In this document: piece by piece, positions 14,571-31,119 of the stretch
How the letters are laid out: every line of letters starts with the position of its first letter
Position numbering within the stretch: the stretch's first letter is position 1
NCBI GenBank assembly: GCA_964016885.1
Contig: OZ024742.1
Span: 366,544,001-366,608,000 of the forward strand
Source: Eledone cirrhosa
Lineage: Eukaryota
Direction: 5' to 3'
DNA: 64,000 nucleotides
Notes under the pieces: model-generated
The model's database searches: none
Seen by the model: the letters and a program-made list of their open reading frames with translations, nothing else
Told to the model about the DNA's origin: nothing
Made by a program: the position numbers and the translations under genes

Positions 14571-14732
14571 ACGCACTCACACACTGAAGCACACACAGTC
14601 ACACACACACTCACACACACAGTCACACACACGCACTCACACACTGAAGCACACACAGTCACACACACACTCACACACACAGTCATACACACACTCACAC
14701 ACACAGTCACACACACGCACTCACACACTGAA

Positions 14733-14765
<33 letters not shown>

Positions 14766-15049
14766 CCGGTACAGAAAAGAGGTGGATATATTTACTTCAT
14801 TGATAAGCAGATGCACCAACATTCAGAAACACTACACACACACACACGCACACACACAGACACACACACTCACACATACACACCCGCATGCACACACACA
14901 CACACTCACTAACTCACGGACACACAACTACTATACTACTAACATATACTACTAACGCTCGCACACATAACACAGAGAGAGAGAGACAGAGAGAATAAGA
15001 CGGAAAATTAGTGAGAGGGAGGTAGAGAGAGAGAGGGGGGAGCCCGATG

Positions 15050-15051
15050 CA

Positions 15052-15083
<32 letters not shown>

Positions 15084-15089
15084 TAGGCA

Positions 15090-15136
<47 letters not shown>

Positions 15137-15139
15137 GCA

Positions 15140-15175
<36 letters not shown>

Positions 15176-15181
15176 TAGGCA

Positions 15182-15216
<35 letters not shown>

Positions 15217-15227
15217 TGAGATAGGCA

Positions 15228-15258
<31 letters not shown>

Positions 15259-15340
15259 TGAGATAGGCAGTGTGTGTGAGAGATGAGAGAGAGAGAGAGA
15301 GATAGGCAGTGTGTGTAGGAGAGAGAGAGAGAGATAGGCA

Positions 15341-15383
<43 letters not shown>

Positions 15384-15415
15384 GCAGTGTGTGTGAGAGA
15401 GATAGGCAGTGTGTC

Positions 15416-15447
<32 letters not shown>

Positions 15448-15486
15448 GCAGTGTGTGTGAGAGAGAGAGAGAGAGTGAGATAGGCA

Positions 15487-15560
<74 letters not shown>

Positions 15561-15604
15561 TAGGCAGTGTGTGTATGAGAGAGAGAGAGAGAGTGAGATA
15601 GGCA

Positions 15605-15635
<31 letters not shown>

Positions 15636-15689
15636 TGAGATAGGCAGTGTGTGTGAGAGAAAGAGAGAGAGAGAGAGATAGGCAGTGTA

Positions 15690-15722
<33 letters not shown>

Positions 15723-15766
15723 TAGGCAGTGTGTGTATGAGAGAGAGACAGAGAGTGAGATAGGCA

Positions 15767-15797
<31 letters not shown>

Positions 15798-16117
15798 TGA
15801 GATAGGCAGTGTGTGTGAGAGATGAGAGAGAGAGAGAGAGATAGGCAGTGTGTGTGTGAGAGAGAGAGAGAGAGTGAGATAGGCAGTGTGTGTGAGAGAT
15901 GAGAGAGAGAGAGAGAGATAGGCAGTGTGTGTGTGAGAGAGAGAGAGAGAGTGAGATAGGCAGTGTGTGTGTGAGAGAGAGAGAGAGAGTGAGAGAGATA
16001 GGCAGTGTGTGTGAGAGATGAGAGAGAGAGAGAGAGAGAGATAGGCAGTGTGTGTGTGAGAGAGAGAGAGAGAGTGAGATAGGCAGTGTGTGTGAGAGAG
16101 AGAGAGAGAGATAGGCA

Positions 16118-16154
<37 letters not shown>

Positions 16155-16158
16155 GCAG

Positions 16159-16200
<42 letters not shown>

Positions 16201-16311
16201 GCAGTGTGTGTGTAAGAGAGAGAGAGAGAGAGAGTGAGATAGGCAGTGTGTGAGAGAGAGAGAGAGAGTGAGATAGGCAGTGTGTGTGAGAGAGAGAGAG
16301 AGAGATAGGCA

Positions 16312-16351
<40 letters not shown>

Positions 16352-16355
16352 GGCA

Positions 16356-16406
<51 letters not shown>

Positions 16407-16490
16407 GCAGTGTGTGTGTGTAAGAGAGAGAGAGAGAGAGAGAGTGAGATAGGCAGTGTGTGAGAGAGAGAGAGAGAGTGAGATAGGCAG

Positions 16491-16521
<31 letters not shown>

Positions 16522-16601
16522 TAGGCAGTGTGTGTGTGAGAGAGAGAGAGAGAGTGAGATAGGCAGTGTGAGAGAGAGAGAGAGAGAGAGTGAGATAGGC
16601 A

Positions 16602-16660
<59 letters not shown>

Positions 16661-16718
16661 GCAGTGTGTGTGTGAGAGAGAGAGAGAGGCCCGGTATTTG
16701 AGAGAGAGAGAGAGGCAC

Positions 16719-16749
<31 letters not shown>

Positions 16750-16842
16750 AGCACTGTGTGTGTGAGAGAGAGAGAGAGGCACTGTGTGTGTGTTAGAGAG
16801 AGAGAGAGAGGTACTGTGTGTGAAAGAGAGAGAGAGGCACGG

Positions 16843-16881
<39 letters not shown>

Positions 16882-17097
16882 CACTGTGTGTGAGAGAGAG
16901 AGAGGCACGGTGTGTGTGTGTGAGAGAGAGGCACTGTGTGTGTGTGTGAGAGAGAGTCACTGTGTGTGTGAGATATATATATATATATAGTGAGAGAGAG
17001 GTACTGTGTGTGAGAGAGAGAGAGAGGCACTGTGTGTGTGTGAGAGAGAGAGAGAGAGATAGAGAGGCAGTGTGTGTGAGAGAGAGAGGCACTGTGC

Positions 17098-17129
<32 letters not shown>

Positions 17130-17184
17130 CAGTGTGTGTGAGAGAGAGAGAGAGATAGTGTGTGTGAGAGAGAGAGAGAGGCAC

Positions 17185-17218
<34 letters not shown>

Positions 17219-17247
17219 GCAGTGTGTGTGTGAGAGAGAGAGAGGTA

Positions 17248-17279
<32 letters not shown>

Positions 17280-17327
17280 AGCAGTGTGTGAGAGAGAGAG
17301 AGAGCTAGTGTGTGTGAGAGAGAGGCA

Positions 17328-17364
<37 letters not shown>

Positions 17365-17370
17365 GCACTT

Positions 17371-17413
<43 letters not shown>

Positions 17414-17655
17414 CAGTGTGTGAGAGAGAGAGAGAGGTAGTGTGTGAGAGAGAGAGAGAGGCAGTGTGTGTGAGAGAGAGAGAGAGAGAGGCAGTGTGTG
17501 AGAGAGAGAGAGAGGCAGTGTGTGAGAGAGAGAGAGAGGTAGTGTGTGAGAGAGAGAGAGAGGCAGTGTGTGTGAGAGAGAGAGAGAGGCAGTGTGTGAG
17601 AGAGAGAGAGAGGTAGTGTGTGAGAGAGAGAGAGAGGCAGTGTGTGTGAGAGAGA
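15050..17655. repeat. Compound satellite of [AGGCA-(GT)n-(GA)m] units
   Basis: Recurrent (T)AGGCAGTGTG..GAGAGA units of variable length. Confidence 0.95.
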
Positions 17656-17671
17656 CCGATAAGAGACATAC

Positions 17672-17847
17672 GACTATCAGTAAAGAGTGACACTGTTGCT
17701 GATATTTGGAAATATCGATGTGGAGGAAGAGACATATTTCTCTCTCCTCCATCACAGTTTCCCTGCAGTCAGCGGTGTCGGGGCCGGCCGCCTCTACAGG
17801 AATATAACCTTTCACTACACCATCACGCACCAACAGTTTCTTTAATA
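17672..17847 (-). CDS. Candidate internal coding exon of an unidentified host gene
   Basis: TGTTTTAG acceptor, 176-nt open frame LKKLLVRDGVVKGYIPVEAAGPDTADCRETVMEEREICLFLHIDISKYQQQCHSLLIV, GTATGT donor; non-repetitive island with higher GC; no family recognised. Confidence 0.3.
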
Positions 17848-17867
17848 CTAAAACATACAACTATGTA

Positions 17868-17953
17868 ACTAAGTTGTTATTACTACTAAGTTGTTATTAC
17901 TACTAAGTTGTTATTACTACTAAGTTGTTATTACTACTAAGTTGTTATTACTA
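17868..17953. repeat. 17-bp tandem repeat, 5 copies
   Basis: ACTAAGTTGTTATTACT. Confidence 0.93.
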
Positions 17954-18091
17954 TACCGCACTTACAGCATTTCTTCTTAAGTGGAGTGTAACTTCTTTCT
18001 TCATCACCGCCAGAGGGATATTGCACATACATAAATATTGATATACACATACATATATTTATAAATACATATTTCATACATATATACATTC

Positions 18092-18177
<86 letters not shown>

Positions 18178-18351
18178 GATACATACACATGCATATTGCA
18201 TAGTAAATATATATAAATATATATATACATACATACACATATATATATATAAATATATTGATACACACACATATACATATATATATAAATACATACACCT
18301 ACATATTACATACGTATATACATATACATATACATATATATATACACATAC

Positions 18352-18388
<37 letters not shown>

Positions 18389-18391
18389 TAC

Positions 18392-18445
<54 letters not shown>

Positions 18446-18838
18446 CTTATACACACGCGCACATATATATATATATACATATATATACACACACACTTAC
18501 ACGTACGCAGATATATATCAACACACACACGCACACATATATACATATATATATACACACGTGTGTTTGTATATGTAACACAATGAACAACGTCCAATTC
18601 AAACAGAAAGTGAAGCCATCGATCAGGTAAATTATTTATAAATCTTTATTTATTAAAGAACATTTTTTTAAATGTTAGTCTCTACTTTATGTATGTGGGG
18701 ACTATATAAAAGAGTGTATATACACATATATATTAATGTATGTGTGTGTGTGTGTATACATGCGTGCATACATGAGTGCATTTGTGTATATAAGCACGTG
18801 TATGTAAGTATATGTATCTTATGTAGACTGGTGCATGC

Positions 18839-18896
<58 letters not shown>

Positions 18897-18986
18897 GTAT
18901 ATATATAAATATATATATATGTATATAAATATATATATATATATTTATATATAAATGGAATAGTATGAAACGAAATTTCATTTATA

Positions 18987-19111
<125 letters not shown>

Positions 19112-19195
19112 GAGTGCATCTGCGTAAATAACCACGGGTGTGAAAATATATGTATGCAGACAGGTATGTGTTTATACATATATATATATATATAT

Positions 19196-19234
<39 letters not shown>

Positions 19235-20145
19235 GGGGATTTTTAGCCTATTACTACTGTGGATGTAACTTAAACTACCCATTCTAATTGATGTATTGAA
19301 TACTTTATTCTAATTCTTCTACCCGTCGGTAACGAGTTACCAATCTATATACCACATGTTCAGGGGTAAGTATCTATGTAAGGGCCCACGGGGGAACAAC
19401 TATCATCTAATGTAATCTTAGGATTTCGATGAGGAACTAATTTCCTCTGATTCGAGATAACGACATACATACATACATACATATATATATATATTATATA
19501 TATATGCTTATATACATACGTACATATATGTATTTATATATATATTTATATATATATGTATATAAGTACATATATAAATATATATATCTATATAAGAACA
19601 TATATAAATGTATAAAGAACATATATGTATATACATATATGTATAATTTCATTATTATTATTTTATACCCACATATATAAATATATAGATGTATATATGC
19701 ACATATATATAATTAGATATATGTACGTATGTATAAATGCACATGCATATATAAGTACATATATGTATCTATGTATACATGCACATACATACAAAAATAC
19801 ATATATGTAGCTATGTATATACATTCATATATGTGTATATAGATATATGTGTGATGAAGCAGAGGTTTCTCGGCGTACATACACTGCTGTAGTCACATGT
19901 ATAAATAAATATCTCCATGCCATGTGTTTTAACTGTTTTACTATAATATTGTGTGGTAGAATACATAACTGAGGAGAGGATGTGTGATAGCACGTAAGTC
20001 ATGGGAAGACCCTGGTAACATCAATAATGCTGAGCAACGCTGTTAGGGGGTCACACTGTCGAATTCGTTATGATCATCTCCAATAGACAGCTGACGAAGG
20101 CACTAGTCCGCATTACAAACCCTATACACTAAATATGTATTTATA

Positions 20146-20239
<94 letters not shown>

Positions 20240-20449
20240 GTATATGTATATATGTTTATAGCAAAGGTAAAAACTATATACACTATATATGTATTTATAT
20301 ATATATGTGTGTATATATATATAAGTATGTATATGTATATATATATATATATATATAAGTATGTATATGTATATATATATATATAAGTAGGTATATGTAT
20401 ATATATATATGTATATATATATACATAAGTATGTATATGTGTATATATA

Positions 20450-20501
<52 letters not shown>

Positions 20502-20517
20502 TATGTATATGTGTATA

Positions 20518-20561
<44 letters not shown>

Positions 20562-20784
20562 TATGTATATGTATATACATATATAAATATATGTATATAT
20601 ATATAGAAGTATGTATATGTATATATATATGCATATATAGCAGAGTTAACAACTATATATATATACACGAAGCTGAAAGGAAACTAAAGAATTCTATGAC
20701 TATATAATTGACACGCCTCTCACATATGTACAACTCCCTTGAAACATGTGTAAGGATATACATGATTTAAAATATGAATTTTCC

Positions 20785-20844
<60 letters not shown>

Positions 20845-20851
20845 CGCACAC

Positions 20852-20894
<43 letters not shown>

Positions 20895-20986
20895 TATGTA
20901 TGTAAAAGGTAAACAGAAATAACAACAGAATCGGTACAGTATATTGAAGAGATATATTAGGTTAACGCTTGATATAGCAGGAAGAA

Positions 20987-21026
20987 GGTCTTTACGTTTC
21001 AGACGCTAGTCCTTCATCAGAAGAAA
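20987..21026 (-). ncRNA. Minimal type-I hammerhead ribozyme in a PLE-terminus-like insert (20905-21070)
   Basis: TCTT-CTGATGA-A-GGAC(TAGC)GTCT-GAA-ACGT-A|AAGA: stem I TCTT/AAGA, stem II GGAC/GTCT, palindromic ACGT stem III. Confidence 0.75.
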
Positions 21027-21517
21027 GAATGAGAAATAAAATAGATTGAGGGGAAGGGCAGGATATACACGTGTGTGTATTTAAACCAGGCCATTCCGTC
21101 CCGATATATCAGTTTCTATGATAGAGAAGGACTCATTGTTTAAATAATATCTATACTTTAGTTTCTGTAAAGTATCGACTTCAACATTGGGGTTGCGTCA
21201 CTAGTGATATATCCCCCTCTCTCTCACTACACACAGTCACAATAGAAACATTTGCCGAGGGAAGGACTCAATACAGGTTTTAGTTATATTTCTTGTATAA
21301 AGCAGTTAAATGGTTTTACATTGGACTTTGATTCTTATTGAAGTATATAGACATACATATGTATATATATATATGTATATCCCTATGTATGTGTATATAT
21401 ATATGTATAACAATGTGTATGTATATATGTATATAAACATATGTATGTGCATGCATATGTGTATATTCATATGTATATATGTGTATCCATATATGCATAT
21501 ACATATACATTCTCCAA

Positions 21518-21830
21518 TTGTTGAGCCCTTGAGCAAGACACTTTAAATCAACTCGTTACAGTTGACTCAGTTGGAAAATATCACACAAAATACCACAACG
21601 ACTCTCCCTGAGATATTCGGTAATTGTACACATGTCTATAGAATAGAGGTTAATTTAACAAGTAGGCAGCTCATTCCTTTGCTCAAAGCAATTGGAAAAC
21701 TCGTCGCCACCGACGATAGTCCAGCACTTAGAATTAGCCACTGAAATATGTGAGGTGTATCTTTGTTTGTGAATACGGTCTGATTCACACCAGTTGCGCT
21801 TAACTGTTGTACTTCCTACATTCATGCTGT
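21518..21830 (+). mobile_element. 5'-truncated SINE (family of 9040-9182)
   Basis: CCCTTGAGCAAGACACTT...CAGTTGACTCAGTTG core; (TGT)n tail. Confidence 0.5.
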
Positions 21831-22293
21831 TGTTGTTGTCGTGGTCTACAACTAATTACTACTGTATGGTTTGTGTATAACACGTCACTAGATTATATTG
21901 TCTATTGTACGCATGTATATGAATGGGTGTGTATATGAATGGGTATATATACACGTGTGTATATGTGCATTCATGTATATGCTTTTGTCTGTATTTCTGT
22001 ATGTATGCATGCGTGTATCTGACTGTATATATATATATACATACATGTATGTATGTATATATTACTGTGTATATATGTATACATACATGCAGTATATATG
22101 TATACATGCATGCATGTATGTATGCATATATCTAAAACACACAACAAATTTAGATTACCTACGTATACGTTTGCAGGCATATATACACACGCTCATATAT
22201 ACACACGCTCATATATACACACGGCCATATACACACACGCTCATATATATACACACGGTCATATATGCATACGCTCATATATACACACGGGTA

Positions 22294-22446
<153 letters not shown>

Positions 22447-22927
22447 GGTAATATATACATACGGGTATATATGCACACGTTCATATATACACACAGCCAT
22501 ATATACACACGGTCATATATACACATGCATGCATACATACAGACGTGCATACATACAAGCATATGCATGCATTCATACACATATACATACATACAAACAC
22601 GTACACATACACACATACATACACACACACACAAGCAGACATGCATACACACATGCACCCCCACACATATATACCCCCACCCCCACACAAACACATCTCT
22701 ACTTATACAACCTCTCTCTCTCTCTTATTCAAACTGTTTACTCTATTTTTATGCTGTGGCTACTTTCACTTCCAGTTGTGTTGATGTTAGTGGAAATGTA
22801 TAAACGCCACAACTTCTCCATTGAAATATTCAAATAGAGCAGAACAAAAGCTTCGTGGAACCACGTTATAGCAACATTTGATAGAAAATATTTAATGCGG
22901 CGGATGCATAAATGTGTGTATATATAA

Positions 22928-22975
<48 letters not shown>

Positions 22976-23026
22976 ATATATATATATGTGTGTGTGTGGA
23001 TATATATATATATATATGTGTGTGTG

Positions 23027-23101
<75 letters not shown>

Positions 23102-23180
23102 GTGTGTGTGTATATATGTGTGTGTATATCTAAACACACAAGTATGTTCCTTGTTTCAGTCTCCAGTCCTCTCTCTCTCT

Positions 23181-23212
<32 letters not shown>

Positions 23213-23269
23213 TGATAGTTCTACATACATATTTCAATACATACCATATATTGAAAGTACATCGCCGAG

Positions 23270-23450
23270 GAAGAGACAGAAATGTTACCCAAGTGTCATT
23301 CAAACCCCATATGTTGTTGGTGTGTAATTTGTTTGACCCAGGAGGAATATAAATATCAGTCAACTCTAGCGGGATTTGAACGTAGAATATATTGGAACGA
23401 CTCTAAGTACCGCAATGCACATTTTCTCCTGCACTGATTCTGTCTAATAC
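23270..23450 (-). mobile_element. Degenerate tRNA-derived SINE
   Basis: Reverse strand GTTCAAATCCCGCTAGAGTTGACT B-box/core. Confidence 0.5.
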
Positions 23451-23521
23451 CAACAGGTTTATATACATGGGCCGTATGTCTTTTCTCCCACGTGTCTTAT
23501 GTAAACATCTACACATACATA

Positions 23522-23703
<182 letters not shown>

Positions 23704-23820
23704 TATATATATATATATATATATATGCATATATATATATATACACATACATACTTTCCCATATATGTAAAATATATACATAATGTTTTCCTCGGCGATT
23801 AACTTTCAATATATAATATG

Positions 23821-23851
<31 letters not shown>

Positions 23852-24347
23852 TTGTGTTTGAGTGCATGTCTGCATATGTGGGCTTGAGTGTGTTTATTTG
23901 AGTGCATGTGTGAATATGTGGGTTTGGGTGTGTGTGTGGGGGGGGGGGGGGGGGGTCAGTGTGAGTGTGCTATTATATCCTTGTGAAACCAGTTTTACAC
24001 ACTCTGCATGTGGTAGTCCCCACAGTAGACACTGCCTTATACGTTTTCAATGTGTATAGAAGAAAGAAAGATGAGTTTGCCAAACCATTTCCTACCATAA
24101 TGGTCGTGTAGTTAAGGATTGGCTTGACAAACCCCTCGGTCTAGGTTCGGGCCCGCCGTGCGGCACTTCCAGAAAGTGTCTTCTATTATAGCTTAGAAAT
24201 GACTAATGGGAGTAGAATTTAGTATACGAACATTTCAGGGGCCCTAACTTGTATATGTTTATAAGACCCTCTAACTGCCATATCAAGCGTTGACCTAATA
24301 TATCCCTTCCATATACTGCACCGATTGTGTTGTTATTTCTGTTTACC

Positions 24348-24415
<68 letters not shown>

Positions 24416-24514
24416 TTTCCCAATCTCATATATCCATCTTACTTTATTTTCCATATGTTGATTTAACACTTCACTGCTCGCAAGTGTTTTTTTAAGCTTC
24501 ATATCATGTCTCCC

Positions 24515-24585
24515 TATTTTATCTGATGAGAACGCAAGTATCATCCCATGATGATATTTGTTTTTGAAATGCGCATAATAAAATA
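24515..24585 (+). ncRNA. Type-I hammerhead ribozyme
   Basis: TATTTTAT-CTGATGA-GAAC-GCAAGTATCATC(CCAT)GATGATATTTGT-TTTT-GAA-ATGCGCAT-A|ATAAAATA; predicted cleavage after 24577. Confidence 0.8.
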
Positions 24586-24619
24586 CATGAAACTCTTTTA
24601 ACCATCTTTTGATCTTATA

Positions 24620-26073
<1,454 letters not shown>

Positions 26074-26160
26074 TGTTTCTACTTTAGGCACAAGGCCAGC
26101 AATTACTCAGAACATTACTGGTATTTTATTTTATCGACCCCGTAAGGATGAAAGGCAAAG
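26074..26160 (-). mobile_element. SINE 3' fragment
   Basis: Reverse strand GCCTTTCATCCTTACGGGGTCGATAAAATAAAATACCAGTAAT..GCTGGCCTTGTGCC..GTAGAAACAATT. Confidence 0.85.
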
Positions 26161-26712
26161 CATTGATCATATAATCTCAATGTGCAGTCCTATAGCTCCA
26201 ACCGAAAAATAGATGCAAATAGACCTGATATAATACTGAAGGACTTTAAAAAGAGGGTATGCCTGCTAATTGATATTTCCCTTCCAATAGACAAGAATGT
26301 ATCTATAAAAACATTTGAAAAGTTGAGCAAGTATAAGGACCTGGAGATAGAAATTGGAAAAATGTAGAAATTGAGAACTAAAACAATAGCAGTGGTTGTA
26401 GGCGCTCTAGGAATGATACCTAAGGGGTTTAATGATAACTTAACACAAATCCCAGGAAACCCGCATATAGGAGAAATACAAAAAAATAGTACTAATGGGA
26501 ACTGCCCATATACTAAGGAAGATTCTGTCAATATAAGTACATCACAAGTCTAAACACCTAAAGATGCATGTGTGAGTATGTGTGTTCTTTCTTGAACATG
26601 GTGGACCTTGTTGTCTCTTGAGATCACTGGTTGTGACTTGGTGATAACTTGTATGAATATAAAGAAACATAAATGCAACTGTCAACTGTAATAATAATAA
26701 TAATAATAATAT
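26158..26712 (+). pseudogene. Decayed second R4/Dong-type endonuclease fragment with (TAA)n tail
   Basis: SIDHIISMC, NRPDIIL..LIDISLP..EKLSKYKDL, VVVGALG with stops and an internal deletion. Confidence 0.85.
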
Positions 26713-26772
26713 CGTTTTCAACACACGATTTTACATCATGAATCTTGCAGTTCCTAACTCAATATATACTTT

Positions 26773-27660
<888 letters not shown>

Positions 27661-27908
27661 TTAGTCGAGGAATTTAGGAACAGTTTAGGTATGATACATT
27701 TTATTACTAATTATATCTAAATGTTTCTTCTCTCTTCATAATGTATTTTTAACTCTGATACCGGTTCAGTCTGGTTCAAACTGAATTGGTCAGTCCCAGT
27801 CATTCATTGAGCAACATCGGTGAAGTTGGCACCCTTAACTCACAGTTGGGTGCGGATGCATTCATGTATATATGTGTGTGTCCGCATGTATCTGTGTGTT
27901 TCTAAATG

Positions 27909-27952
<44 letters not shown>

Positions 27953-28053
27953 TCAAAATATTAATAAATGTAGACATTGATGTGTAAAATACCGCAACTG
28001 CCAAGAGTGGAAGTGAACCATCAGCACAGTTGAGGTGTGTCAGACATCAATTT

Positions 28054-28125
28054 ATGTATTTTATCTGATGAGGACGTACTGAAAAAACAGCACAGTATCT
28101 GCGAAATATATATAATAAAATATAT
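28054..28125 (+). ncRNA. Type-I hammerhead ribozyme (stem II partly decayed)
   Basis: ATGTATTTTAT-CTGATGA-GGACGTACTG..CAGTATCTGC-GAA-ATATATAT-A|ATAAAATATAT; flanked by a 21-bp inverted repeat 27958-27978/28138-28158. Confidence 0.65.
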
Positions 28126-28158
28126 TTTGATTACCTGAATGTCTACATTTATTAATAT

Positions 28159-29740
28159 ATGTGTGCCACATGTACATATAGCAATGTGTCTGTGTGCTAC
28201 ATGTACATATAGCAATGTGTGTGCCACATGTACATATAGCAATGTGTGTGCCACATGTACATATAGCAATGTGTGTGTATGTGCCACATGTACATATACC
28301 AATGGATATTCCACATGTACACGTAGCAATGTGGTTGCCACATGTACATATAGCAAAGTGTCTGTGTGCCACGTGTACATATAGCAATGTGTGTGCCACA
28401 TGTACATATAGCAATGTGTGTGACACATGTACATACACCAATGTGTGTGACACATGTACATATAGCAATGTGTGTGACACATGTACATACACCAATGTGT
28501 GTGCCACATGTACATATTGCAAAGTGTGTGCCACATATACATATAGCAATGTGTGTGTGTGCCACTTGTACATATACCAATGTGTGTGCCACATGTACAT
28601 ATAGCAATGTGTGTGTGTGCCACATGTACTTATATCAATATGTGTGTGCCACATGTACATACACCAACGTGTGTGTGCCACATGTAAATATAGCAATGTG
28701 TGTGTCACATGTACATACACCAATGTGTGTGTGCCACATGTACATATAGCAATGTGTGTGCCACATGTACATACACCAATGTGTGTGCCACATGTACATA
28801 TAGCAATATGTGTTCCACATGTACATACAGCAATGTGTGTGCCACATGTACATACACCAATGTGTGTGCCACATGTACACACACCAATGTATGTGCCACA
28901 TGTACATACACCAATGGGTGTGCCACATGTACATATAGCAATGTGTGTGCCACATGTACATACACCAATGTGTGTGCCACATGTACATACACCAATGTGT
29001 GTGTGCCACATGTACATATAGCAATGTGTGTGCCACATGTACATACACCAATGTGTATGCCACATGTACATATAGCAATGTGTATTCCACATGTACATAT
29101 AGCAATGTGTGTGCCACATGTACATACACCAATGTGTGTGCCACATGTACATATAGCAATGTGTGTGCCACATGTACATACACCAATGTGTGTGCCACAT
29201 GTACATACACCAATGTGTGTGCCACATGTACATACACCAATGTGTGTGCCACATGTACATACACCAATGTGTGTGCCACATGTACATACACCAATGTGTG
29301 TGCCACATGTACATACACCAATGTGTGTGTGCCACATGTACATACACCAATGTGTGTGCCACATGTTCATACACCAATGTGTGTGCCACATGTACATACA
29401 CCAATGTGTGTGCCACATGTACATACACCAATGTGTGTGCCACATGTACATACACCAATGTGTGTGCCACATGTACATACACCAATGTGTGTGCCACATG
29501 TACATACACCAATGTGTGTGCCACATGTACATACACCAATGTGTGTGCCACATGTACATACACCAATGCGTGTGCCACATGTACATACACCAATGTGTGT
29601 GCCACATGTACATACACCAATGTGTGTGCCACATGTACATACACCAATGTGTGTGCCACATGTACATACACCAATGTGTGTGCCACATGTACATACACCA
29701 ATGTGTGTGCCACATGTACATACACCAATGTGTGTGCCAC
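28159..29740. repeat. 27-bp minisatellite (~58 copies)
   Basis: Unit ATGTGTGTGCCACATGTACATA(CACCA/TAGCA). Confidence 0.97.
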
Positions 29741-29873
29741 AATAGCTGAATATTAGAATACATAATCTCCACTGAATGAAGGAATGAAAAGATAATTCGA
29801 TCAAAGAAAGAAACCCAGCAACAATTCTGGTGAATGGGGGACACGGGAGTTCAGTTTCACAACAATATAGATA

Positions 29874-29904
<31 letters not shown>

Positions 29905-29924
29905 GTATATATGTGTATGTATAC

Positions 29925-29958
<34 letters not shown>

Positions 29959-29985
29959 CTATATATCTCTCTCTATATATATATA

Positions 29986-30016
<31 letters not shown>

Positions 30017-30061
30017 GTATGTATGTGTGTGTGTGTGTGTATGTATATATATATGTATATA

Positions 30062-30095
<34 letters not shown>

Positions 30096-30210
30096 CATGT
30101 ATGTATATGTGTGTGTGTATATATATATGGGTATATGTATGCGTATGTATATATGTATATATACATATGTGTATATATATATATATATGTATGCGTATGT
30201 ATATATATAA

Positions 30211-30251
<41 letters not shown>

Positions 30252-30279
30252 TATATGTATGTATATATATATATATATG

Positions 30280-30318
<39 letters not shown>

Positions 30319-30574
30319 GTGTGTATCTCAAGATGTAAAATATAGAGAACTTCTATTCACTAGATGTTACAGCCTCCTTCCTCTTTTACTCACTCTTCCT
30401 TCACCCTCTCTTTTCTTCATATCTCTTGCCTTGCTTCTATAACTCTCTCTCACCACACATATATATATGTGTGTATGTGTGTGTGTGTGTCTGTCTGTGT
30501 GAGTGAGTGTCTGTGTGTGTGTATGTGTGTGAGTGTGTGTGTGTGTGAGTGTGTGTGTATGTGTGTGTGTGTGT

Positions 30575-30611
<37 letters not shown>

Positions 30612-30665
30612 TGTGTATGTGTGTGTGTTTTTGTGAGTGTGTGTGTGTGAGTATGTGTGTGTGTG

Positions 30666-30735
<70 letters not shown>

Positions 30736-30749
30736 GGGTTCAATCAGAG

Positions 30750-30850
30750 GTAACCACAGCAAGTAAGGTACTCAATATACTGCAGTGTATACATCAATTT
30801 TAATAGAGAAATAGCATCTACAGAACTAGAACTGTTTCATTCCAAGGAAA
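30750..30850 (-). mobile_element. PLE-terminus fragment (family of 36405-36520), truncated in hammerhead stem II
   Basis: GTAACCACAG..TAAGGTACTCAATA..ACTAGAACTGTTTCATTC shared with 36405-36502. Confidence 0.6.
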
Positions 30851-30874
30851 CCACACACTAAAATATATATATAT

Positions 30875-31094
30875 AACGAAGGAAGTGTGGTAAGGAACCA
30901 GCTGGACCATAACGCACCAGAGTACTCAATACTTTGGGTATTAGAGTGGGTAACAAGAAAATGTTCAGGACCCCGACGGCAGAGCTCAACCGTTTTGACG
31001 GCTATATCTAGACTAAATATGGACTATATCTGGACTGAACATAGTCCAGATATAGCCGTCGAAACGGTTGAGCTCTGCCGTCGGGCTCCTGAAC
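30875..31094 (-). mobile_element. Fold-back mini PLE terminus
   Basis: ~53-bp inverted arms 30963-31015/31042-31094, inner hairpin CTATATCTGGACT/AGTCCAGATATAG followed by CCGTC-GAAACGGTT. Confidence 0.75.
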
Positions 31095-31119
31095 CTTTAT
31101 ATATATATATATATATATA

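Noticed and set aside
9174-14758. Very long His- or Cys-rich ORFs (up to 1243 aa)
   Set aside because: Translation of a 24-bp minisatellite, open on both strands and in several frames, with frame-breaking 23-bp units
28021-29844. Repetitive Cys/His ORFs
   Set aside because: 27-bp minisatellite artefact
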